From Nostoc sp. PCC 7120 = FACHB-418 (GTDB lineage Bacteria; Cyanobacteriota; Cyanobacteriia; Cyanobacteriales; Nostocaceae), in assembly GCF_000009705.1 (NCBI RefSeq), contig NC_003272.1, positions 6,090,001 to 6,122,000 of the forward strand: a stretch of 32,000 nucleotides of DNA. The letters are read 5' to 3'. The position numbers and the translations under genes were made by a program. Under the pieces are notes generated by a model. That model did no database searches and was not told the DNA's origin. It was given only the letters and a program-made list of their open reading frames with translations. This document shows positions 7,504 through 15,587 of the stretch, in pieces. Position 1 is the stretch's first letter, and each line of letters opens with the position of its first letter.

Positions 7504-10389
7504 TCAGCTTTTATTAACAGCAGCACAAGTTAATGATGGTTGTAAATTCACAGAAGATTTATCGGCAATTAATTCTATTTTGCCTTGGGTGTTACGATGC
7601 CAAGAAGTTGCTTGGATAGGAATTTGTGGTTGTATAGGTGTTTGTGCTTGTATTTGTGGTGTGTTTTGGAATGCAGATATATCACGAGTATCAGACCAAG
7701 TGCGATCGCTCCTTACTTCCTGCATAGGATTTTGCGGTATCCCACCCCGTCCGGTAGCTATAAAACTACTACCCTGATTGCTATCACAAGCATTAGCAAT
7801 TTGTTGTGATGGATCGCTAACATTTGTGGGTAGTTCTACTACACCCGAATTGGGGTCAATCCCCACATTATTAATTTGCACTGTGCCGTTGACACTAAAT
7901 TGGGAACTAGCTGTAATGTCGTTGGTGATGTCTTCTCTGGGGGTGAGGGTGTTGCGGAATTCTAAACCAATGATGCCTTGAGTGGTGATATTAATGTTGC
8001 CGCCGCGACCTTGGAAAGCATTGGCGACGATATCGCTATTTTCTAATCCCAGCACAAACAAAGCATGATTGATGTTGATATTGCCACCATTACCATTGCC
8101 CTCTGCTTCGGTGCTGATTTGGCTCATATCCCGCAGGTATAGCAATCCTGATGAGTTGAGATCGATATTGATATTGCCACCATCGCCCACACTTGATACC
8201 GCACTCAAACTACTATTTTGAGCTAGGTTAATACTTTGTGCGGCTGTGATTTGCAGATTTCCGGCTTGTGCTTGGTCTTGCCCACTGACCGAAATTAATC
8301 CACCATCCCGGACAAATAACCGATTAGTCGTCAACGATATATTACCAGCAATGCCTGCTCCGGGTGTCAAGGGATTGCTTGCCGCAGAGGATATTTGGCT
8401 AGTTGGCATCGTTTCGCTATGTACTGCTCGACCACCAACTTCAATGGTATGGGCATTAATACTGATATCACCACCAATGCGATCGCCTGTCACAGAAGAT
8501 TTAATTGCGCCACTGTTGAGAACTCGCAGTGTATCCGTTGTAATATTAATGCGGGAAATATCCCCCGGATCACCATTGGGTAAGGGTTCTCCCCGGCTAC
8601 TGGCATCAATCCCACTGATTCTCCATCCTCCCCTGTCATCGAGTGCTGCCCCTATCACCTCTACAGATTCTGTAGCTTTAATGTTGATGCTACCACTAGA
8701 GCTTTTTGTCTCACTACTGACTAGCAACGAACCACCATCCAGCAATCTTAGTCGCTGTGTTTCAATTTGGATATCTCCTGCCTGAAAGCCTGGAGCAGCA
8801 GCAAATATTGCCGTGGACGAGGAGATACGAGATTGCCGAGACAGTCCGTTAGTCCCCACAATTTCTAGGTCTGGGGTGCGTATGGTAATATTACTGGCGT
8901 TGCCATTACCAAAACTATCTGCCCGAATAGTTCCACTGTCAGAAAGCCGGACGGAGCGACTGGCATTGATCTCAATATTGCCCCCCCATCCAGATGTCTC
9001 CCGTTCGAGTGTGGATGAAATCCAACTATTGATCTGTGAGGAGCTAGAGCCACTGATTTCCACATCCCCTGCATTCACAACCACGTCTCCTGCCTGGGCT
9101 TTTCCACCTACTGGAGTGCTGGTTACATCTGTAATGACACGGGCGTTATTCAAAAGGCGGACACGATCAGCTGTAATTCTGATATCCCCTACACGACCAA
9201 CACCTCCTTGACCCTGGGTTGTGATCCTGGCAGATCCATTACCAGTTCTTGAGGTAGCATTGCCAAGTAGCAAAAAATCCTGAGATGTGATGGTAATATT
9301 GCTACCCTTGTCTAGTCCTAATGTACCAAAGGTTTCATTTCCTCTTAAGTTGGTTGCGATGTTGGAATTGCCTGTGATTTGCATAACAGGAGCAGCCAGT
9401 GTGATGTTTCCACCCCGCCCTTGAGCATCTGCGGTCAATCGCACTCGTATTTCACTATTTATAATGTTTAAGGCATCAGAGGCACGCACCACAACCCCTT
9501 CCCCATCGGCTGTTTTGCCTGTGCTGTTGGCCATTAATTGAGAATTCCCCGTTATATTGACTTGTTGCCCATGAATCTGAATATTGCCTCCCCTAGAGCC
9601 ATTCACATCTACAGTAAATCCATTTCGTAGTTGCACTGTTTGGAAGGTGGGAATGCCGCTAAAATCAAAGTTAAATCGGGCGTTACTGAAGCTAAAGGGA
9701 ACAAAATTCTCAGATGCAACACTGCCAAGTATCACCTGCCCATCTCTTGCTAGAAGTCTTGCATTGCCCGTACCATTGAGGTCAATGTCGCCTCCCAATA
9801 ATACCAAACTTTGCCCCGTATCCACTTGTAATGGTCTGGCTTGTACCGTAATGGAACTGGCACTAGACCCCATCTGTAAACCAATGGGTACACTCATCGT
9901 TAATAATGGTGGACTAATGGGATTGATGGCACTAAACTCTGTGCCATCGGTAAACTTGATACTATTTGCCGTCGTCCCCACAAACGAACCACCAATATCC
10001 AACTTGGCATTTTGCCCAAACATAATCCCGTTGGGATTCATTAAAAACAAACTCACTTGATGATTACCACCAAGAGTTTGAATCAAGCCATCAATCTGAG
10101 AAATATTCCCACCTGTTACCCGACTAAATATAGTTGTAATATTTGGTGTATTAGTAACATCAAAAGTGGCTGAACCACCAGTTGGCACAGAAAAATTACT
10201 AAAACTATGGAATAAATTATTACCTTTTTCAATACCATCAAGAATATGGAAATTATTGCCACTGGGGTTAACAATGGTGTTAGTCGTACCATCAGATGTC
10301 ACCTGAGCATGAGCAGTATGACACCAAATCAGCATGAAACCTAATGACAATTGATTGAGTAAAACTAAACCAACAGAACTTACTTTCAT
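7504..10389 (-). CDS. TpsA / filamentous-haemagglutinin-like exoprotein, paralogue 4 (longest copy)
   Basis: The track ORF is 7504-10392, but its first codon (10390-10392) is GTG. The adjacent ATG at 10387-10389 gives MKVSS.... Signal peptide ends ...TAHA|QV. TPS motifs: NLFHSFSNFSVP, FDVTNTPNITTIFSRVTGGN, SLFLMNPNGIMFG. The repeat core is long and divergent. The C-terminal module has ACDSNQGSSFIATGRGGIPQNP, RSDRTWSD, SWHRNTQGKIEL, LTCAA. Confidence 0.92.
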   Translation of the reverse strand: MKVSSVGLVLLNQLSLGFMLIWCHTAHAQVTSDGTTNTIVNPSGNNFHILDGIEKGNNLFHSFSNFSVPTGGSATFDVTNTPNITTIFSRVTGGNISQIDGLIQTLGGNHQVSLFLMNPNGIMFGQNAKLDIGGSFVGTTANSIKFTDGTEFSAINPISPPLLTMSVPIGLQMGSSASSITVQARPLQVDTGQSLVLLGGDIDLNGTGNARLLARDGQVILGSVASENFVPFSFSNARFNFDFSGIPTFQTVQLRNGFTVDVNGSRGGNIQIHGQQVNITGNSQLMANSTGKTADGEGVVVRASDALNIINSEIRVRLTADAQGRGGNITLAAPVMQITGNSNIATNLRGNETFGTLGLDKGSNITITSQDFLLLGNATSRTGNGSARITTQGQGGVGRVGDIRITADRVRLLNNARVITDVTSTPVGGKAQAGDVVVNAGDVEISGSSSSQINSWISSTLERETSGWGGNIEINASRSVRLSDSGTIRADSFGNGNASNITIRTPDLEIVGTNGLSRQSRISSSTAIFAAAPGFQAGDIQIETQRLRLLDGGSLLVSSETKSSSGSINIKATESVEVIGAALDDRGGWRISGIDASSRGEPLPNGDPGDISRINITTDTLRVLNSGAIKSSVTGDRIGGDISINAHTIEVGGRAVHSETMPTSQISSAASNPLTPGAGIAGNISLTTNRLFVRDGGLISVSGQDQAQAGNLQITAAQSINLAQNSSLSAVSSVGDGGNINIDLNSSGLLYLRDMSQISTEAEGNGNGGNININHALFVLGLENSDIVANAFQGRGGNINITTQGIIGLEFRNTLTPREDITNDITASSQFSVNGTVQINNVGIDPNSGVVELPTNVSDPSQQIANACDSNQGSSFIATGRGGIPQNPMQEVRSDRTWSDTRDISAFQNTPQIQAQTPIQPQIPIQATSWHRNTQGKIELIADKSSVNLQPSLTCAAVNKS
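7554..7713. repeat. 160-bp tract perfectly identical to 2541-2700 (inside the C-terminal module of TpsA paralogue 4)
   Basis: See the partner copy at 2541-2700. The flanks remain similar but carry scattered mismatches (e.g. 2539 g versus 7552 a; 2701 c versus 7714 t). Confidence 0.95.
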
Positions 10390-10477
10390 CACTTATGTCT
10401 GTGATACTTAATGATTTATGCTTATGATTCCCTTCAGATAGATACTTCTAACCCTCACTTGTGGAGATTCAGGACAG

Positions 10478-12976
10478 TTAATTTTGGGAAACGGCAGCAC
10501 AAGTTAAGTATGATGGCGATGGCACATGAGCAGGTGATTGAGCGACTCTTAACTCAATTTTGCCATTAGCGTTACGTCGCCAACCTGTGGCTTGGACGAG
10601 TGTTTCTGGGGATTTCTGTATTTGTGCTTGTATTTGTGGTCTGTTCTGGAATGCAGAGATATCACGAGTATCAGACCAAGTGCGATCGCTCCTCACGTCC
10701 TGTGTGGGATTTTGCGGTATTCCCCCTCTTCCAGTGGCGACAAAACTACTACCAAAGGTGTTAGAACAACCTGTCGCAATTTGCTGCGATGGGTCGGTTA
10801 TATTTTCTGGTAATTCAACTAAACCAGAATTGGGATCAACACCAATGTTATTAATTTTTACCGTGCCATTAATATTAAATTCGGAACTGGCTGTGATGTC
10901 GTTGGTCTGGTCAACTCTTGGGGTAAGAGTATTGTGGAATGCTAGACCAATAATACCTTGAGTGCTGATATCAATATTGCCGCCTCTTCCTTTCACTGCA
11001 TTAGCAATAATGTCACTGTTTTCTAGCCCAGCGATCACAGGAGCATTAATGCTAATATTGCCGCCATTACCAGTACCCCCGGATGTCGCACTAATCAAGC
11101 TATTGTGACGTAGTAACAACAGATCACTGACTTGTGAGGTAATATTACCTCCCTCACCCGATAACGTTTGAGCTTGAATGCTACCTTGACGATCTAAAAA
11201 TATCCTATTGGCAGTAATGTTTATATGACCCCCATCGCCTGTCCCTTCATTAGTCACACTAACTGCGCCGCCATTGGTTAACGTCAAGGTAGGGGTGGTT
11301 ACATTCACAGTTCCGGCATTCGCCGACAGAATATTTGGCAAATTGAATAATTGTTTGATTAATGCCGTAGAGGAAAGGACTGCTGAGTTAATACTGCTAT
11401 TGTTAGTTTGACTGCGTCCGTCAATCAAAATTGATTCCTTCGCGTTAATGTTTAAATTTCCAGCTTCACCAATCAAGAAGGATGTGGTAGCAACTGCTCC
11501 CCCATTGAGCAGTTGTAATCGATCCGTATCTAACGTTAAGGTTTGGGCTTCGCCTGTGCCATAAGTGATTGCACTAATGTTGCTATAGAGTCCTGCCGGA
11601 TTGTCTCCTGTGACAGTCGTATTTTTACTGCGAATAGTTACTTGTCCCGTGGAACCACTCGCCAATGCCAGTGAAGAGATGGCTGCTCCCTGAGAAACCA
11701 GTAGACTATTACTGTTAATGGAGAGATTGCCTGCTGATTTAGCTGTTCGGGAAGAGGTAGTCAGGGAGGTTACTCCTGTAGGATTGATGGGAGAGAAACC
11801 AGATAACTCCACTCTCTCGGCATCAATCTGAATATCGCCACTGGCAGACGATCCAAAAGCATTGGTGTTGACTCCTGCACCTTGTGAGATGGTTAAGTGG
11901 GGAGTGATGATATAAATGGATGAACCTGTGCCAGTATTTAACCCTTCAGAGCGGATACCACTACGAATTTGGGCGTTGGCAGTTGTACCAAAAATCTCAA
12001 TCCCTTCTGAAGCCTGTAAAAAAGTTTCACCCCCAGCAACATTTCCCAGATTTTTGGAAAATATAATTGATCCATCACTGATTTGAATGTGCCGTCCCTG
12101 TAATTGTGCTGAACCAGCATTCAATGCCCCTGCACTTAATAATGCTCCTACAGTCAGCAAGGATTTTTGGGTAAGTTGGATATCTGCAAAGCTTTGTCCG
12201 CTCTGATAACTTAACTGATAACCCTGAGCGATGGGGTTTAAACTAACCATTCCCACTCCGCTTAAACTTCCCAATTCCAAACGTCCTTCGGGTGCATTCA
12301 AGGTTGCACCAATGAGATTCAAGTTACCCCCTACCAGTGCCAAGGTTTTTCCTGGCTTTACCCTCAGTTCTGAGGCACTGGGATTTTGAGTGATGGGGGC
12401 GACGGTACTGGGCGCGGTTAGGGCATGACCTGTGCCTTCAACTATTATGGGGTTGGGATTACTGCCCATTTGCAAGCCAATTGGAACACTCATTGTCAGC
12501 AATGGTATTGAACTGGGATTATTTGCACTAAACTCTGTCCCGTCAGCGAACTTAAGACTATTTGCCGTTGTTCCTACAAACGACCCGCCAATATTCAAGG
12601 AGGCATTGGAACCAAACACAATCCCTGCCGGATTCATTAAAAACAAACTTACCGGATTATTACTCTTAATAGTCTCAATTAGTCCATCAATATGAGAAAT
12701 ATTACCACCCGTAACTCGGCTAAATATATTTGTAATATTTGGTGTATTTGTTAAGTCAAAAGTTGCTGAAGTGTCTTTTGGTAGAGAGAAATTACTAAAG
12801 CTGTGAAATAAATTATTGCCTCTGGCAGTACCGTTAATAATCTGAAAATTATTACTGCTTGGGTTGACAGTAGTGTTTGTAGTACCATCAGAAGTCACCT
12901 GAGCCGTTGCTGGTAAAGACCTTCCCGCAGCTAAGAACACACAGGCTAAACCCAAGCATACAGAAGTTACTTTCAT
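10478..12976 (-). CDS. TpsA / filamentous-haemagglutinin-like exoprotein, paralogue 5
   Basis: The track ORF is 10478-12979, but its first codon is GTG. The adjacent ATG at 12974-12976 gives MKVTS.... Signal peptide ends ...PATA|QV. TPS motifs: NLFHSFSNFSLP, FDLTNTPNITNIFSRVTGGN, SLFLMNPAGIVFG. C-terminal module: GCSNTFGSSFVATGRGGIPQNP, RSDRTWSD, GWRRNANGKIEL, LTCAA. Confidence 0.92.
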   Translation of the reverse strand: MKVTSVCLGLACVFLAAGRSLPATAQVTSDGTTNTTVNPSSNNFQIINGTARGNNLFHSFSNFSLPKDTSATFDLTNTPNITNIFSRVTGGNISHIDGLIETIKSNNPVSLFLMNPAGIVFGSNASLNIGGSFVGTTANSLKFADGTEFSANNPSSIPLLTMSVPIGLQMGSNPNPIIVEGTGHALTAPSTVAPITQNPSASELRVKPGKTLALVGGNLNLIGATLNAPEGRLELGSLSGVGMVSLNPIAQGYQLSYQSGQSFADIQLTQKSLLTVGALLSAGALNAGSAQLQGRHIQISDGSIIFSKNLGNVAGGETFLQASEGIEIFGTTANAQIRSGIRSEGLNTGTGSSIYIITPHLTISQGAGVNTNAFGSSASGDIQIDAERVELSGFSPINPTGVTSLTTSSRTAKSAGNLSINSNSLLVSQGAAISSLALASGSTGQVTIRSKNTTVTGDNPAGLYSNISAITYGTGEAQTLTLDTDRLQLLNGGAVATTSFLIGEAGNLNINAKESILIDGRSQTNNSSINSAVLSSTALIKQLFNLPNILSANAGTVNVTTPTLTLTNGGAVSVTNEGTGDGGHINITANRIFLDRQGSIQAQTLSGEGGNITSQVSDLLLLRHNSLISATSGGTGNGGNISINAPVIAGLENSDIIANAVKGRGGNIDISTQGIIGLAFHNTLTPRVDQTNDITASSEFNINGTVKINNIGVDPNSGLVELPENITDPSQQIATGCSNTFGSSFVATGRGGIPQNPTQDVRSDRTWSDTRDISAFQNRPQIQAQIQKSPETLVQATGWRRNANGKIELRVAQSPAHVPSPSYLTCAAVSQN

Positions 12977-12992
12977 CACCCCTTCTCCATTT

Positions 12993-13048
12993 CAACTTTA
13001 TGCTTAGGTTTCCCACAATACAACTTTATACTTAGGTTTCCCACAATA
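12993..13048. repeat. Tandem duplication of a 28-bp unit in the spacer upstream of TpsA paralogue 5
   Basis: caactttatGcttaggtttcccacaata (12993-13020) is followed immediately by caactttatActtaggtttcccacaata (13021-13048), with one mismatch. Each unit contains the TTCCC (GGGAA on the coding strand) spacer motif. Confidence 0.95.
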
Positions 13049-13070
13049 TTTGTTTGACTCAACACTCCAA

Positions 13071-15521
13071 TTAACTTTGAGCCGCCGCCGCACAGGTTAA
13101 TGGTGGTTGCACCTGAGTAAGAGATTTATATGCAAGTATCTCGATTTTGCCATGAGCATTACGTCGCCAACCAGTGGCTTGGACAAGAACCAGAGATTCG
13201 GGGATTTGTGCTGTCACTGCGCCAGTATTCCGGTATGCAGAGATGTCGCGCACATCAGACCAAGTGCGATCGCTCCTTACCTCCTGATTGGGATTTTGCG
13301 GTGTTCCACCTCTACCTGTAGTGACAAAACTACTATCACTGTTCTCTGCACATCCACTAGCAATCTTTTGCGATGAATCGGTGAAATTTGTTGGTAATGC
13401 AACTAAACCCGAATTCGGGTCTACACCGATGGTATTGACTTGTACTGTACCATTTACTCCAAACTCTGAACTGGCTGTAATATCATTTCCTGGTGTCAGT
13501 TGAGAACCGTATTCTAAACCAATAATTCCTTGAGTGGTGATGTTAATATTGCCACCTTGACCTCGAACAGCATTAGCTGTGATATCACTGTTTTCTAAGC
13601 CGACAATGGTGGGTGAACTAATGTTGATATTGCCGCCATTACCCGTACTGCCTGCTGTGGTTGTCATTTTACTGCGATCGCGCATTAACAGCAAACTTCC
13701 CACTTTTAAGTCTATATCTCCACCATTCCCAGATTCAGTCTGTGCTTGAATCAAAGCCTGATTTTTTAATTGGATAATATCTGCGGTAATATTCAGGTTG
13801 CCGGCATTACCAGTACCTTCACTCGTTACAGTCACAGTAGCACCATCCATCAGGCTCAGATTTGGTGTTGTAATGCTAAGACTACCAGCATCTGCCGTCA
13901 GCATATCTGGAAAGTCAGATGATTGACGCAACTGTGCATTAAGACGCATTGCAGAAGAATTAATTGCACTGTTGTTATTATTATTACGACCACTAATTGC
14001 GATCGCTTCACTTGCATTGATACTGACATTTCCCCCGTTACCAGCAAACAGTGTAGATGAACCAATTCTTCCCCCATCTAAAATTTGTAATTTGCCAGTA
14101 TTCAATATCAAATCTTTGTTATCTCCGAACGCGAATGTAGCTAAAGTAATCGCACTGTCAAATCCGGAAGGGCTGTTTCCGACCACTGTGGTGTTTTGAT
14201 TGCGAATTGAAATTTTACCACTACTTCCACTGCCAAATGTGACTGAAGAAAGGGAAGCTCCACCGGATATTAGTAAATTATCACCATTAACGAATATATC
14301 ACCAGCACTGCCAGAAGCAAAACTCAAAGTGCTAATACCAGTAACTCTGTTGGGGTTTATTTGCGAAAAACCAGATATTTCAACTGTTTTTGCATCAATT
14401 TCAATATTACCACCAGGAGCAATTCCCGAAGTTAGATTATTTAAACCAGATCCTTCTTGGAGGGTAAATTTTCGCGTAAAAATACCAATATTTCCCCCTG
14501 CTCCAATTCCATAAGTTTCGCTACGAACTCCACTCAACACTTCTCCATCGCTACTTGTGCCAATTAAATCAATTCCTGTTGATGCTTGAAGGTTAATTTC
14601 TCCACCAGGAAGATAGCCATAATTTTGTGCAAGTATCAATGAACCATCTGTTAAACGGATATTTCCGGCTTGTAAACGAACAGAACCTGAATTTACACCA
14701 CTTACATTTATCAGTGACTTTTCTGCTAATTGAATATAACCGAAAATTTGTCCATTCTCATAACCCAACATATAACCTTGTGCATTTGGGATTAAATCAA
14801 CTTGCCCAGTTCCATTGGTACTAACCAATTCTACCCGTCCTTCTGGGGCAGTCAATATAAACCCATCTATTTGTAAATTACCGCCTACCAATGCTAAGGT
14901 TTTTCCTGGTTTCACTTGTAGTTCTGTCGAGTTGGGTGTTGGAACGATAAAAAAACCGCTATTTGTATATCCTCTTCCTTGAGCCTTGATAGCAGCAGAA
15001 TTACTACCCATTTGCAACCCCACTGGTGCGTTCATTGTCAGCAGAGGTTTATCAGCACCTTGCACAGTACTAAATTCCGTCCCATCGGCAAACTTGATAC
15101 TATTGGCAGTTGTGGCTATAAATGAACCACCAATATTTAAGCTGGCATTTTGCCCAAAAATAATTCCTGCGGGGTTGAGTAAGAATAAGTTGGCACTACC
15201 CTTGGCACTAATATCACCATCAATGTTAGAAATATTACCACTAGTCACCCGACTAAAAATATTTTGGATATCAGTGGCATTGTCAAATGAAGCAGAACCA
15301 CCACTAGGCAAGGAAAATTGGCTGAAACTATGAAATAAATTATTCCCAATACGAGTGCCATTGTTAATAATGTAACTATTGCTTCCATTTATGGAAGTAG
15401 TGGACGTAACAGAAGTATTGAGGGTATTATCGGGACTTACTTGTGCGTGAACACTATTGTTGTAAACAACAGATAACCAGATTACACTCAGCACACCAAA
15501 CCCGACAAAAGTTAATTTCAT
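13071..15521 (-). CDS. TpsA / filamentous-haemagglutinin-like exoprotein, paralogue 6
   Basis: 816-aa ORF with ATG at 15519-15521. Signal peptide ends ...SVHA|QV. TPS motifs: NLFHSFSQFSLP, DIQNIFSRVTSG, LFLLNPAGIIFG. The core resembles that of paralogue 5. C-terminal module: GCAENSDSSFVTTGRGGTPQNP, RSDRTWSD, GWRRNAHGKIEI, LTCAA. Confidence 0.93.
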   Translation of the reverse strand: MKLTFVGFGVLSVIWLSVVYNNSVHAQVSPDNTLNTSVTSTTSINGSNSYIINNGTRIGNNLFHSFSQFSLPSGGSASFDNATDIQNIFSRVTSGNISNIDGDISAKGSANLFLLNPAGIIFGQNASLNIGGSFIATTANSIKFADGTEFSTVQGADKPLLTMNAPVGLQMGSNSAAIKAQGRGYTNSGFFIVPTPNSTELQVKPGKTLALVGGNLQIDGFILTAPEGRVELVSTNGTGQVDLIPNAQGYMLGYENGQIFGYIQLAEKSLINVSGVNSGSVRLQAGNIRLTDGSLILAQNYGYLPGGEINLQASTGIDLIGTSSDGEVLSGVRSETYGIGAGGNIGIFTRKFTLQEGSGLNNLTSGIAPGGNIEIDAKTVEISGFSQINPNRVTGISTLSFASGSAGDIFVNGDNLLISGGASLSSVTFGSGSSGKISIRNQNTTVVGNSPSGFDSAITLATFAFGDNKDLILNTGKLQILDGGRIGSSTLFAGNGGNVSINASEAIAISGRNNNNNSAINSSAMRLNAQLRQSSDFPDMLTADAGSLSITTPNLSLMDGATVTVTSEGTGNAGNLNITADIIQLKNQALIQAQTESGNGGDIDLKVGSLLLMRDRSKMTTTAGSTGNGGNINISSPTIVGLENSDITANAVRGQGGNINITTQGIIGLEYGSQLTPGNDITASSEFGVNGTVQVNTIGVDPNSGLVALPTNFTDSSQKIASGCAENSDSSFVTTGRGGTPQNPNQEVRSDRTWSDVRDISAYRNTGAVTAQIPESLVLVQATGWRRNAHGKIEILAYKSLTQVQPPLTCAAAAQS

Positions 15522-15587
15522 GAATCCAGTTTTTGTTTCTTCGTCTGCAATCTATTGTTCCCATTTTGGTAAGTTTTGGAACATTAA

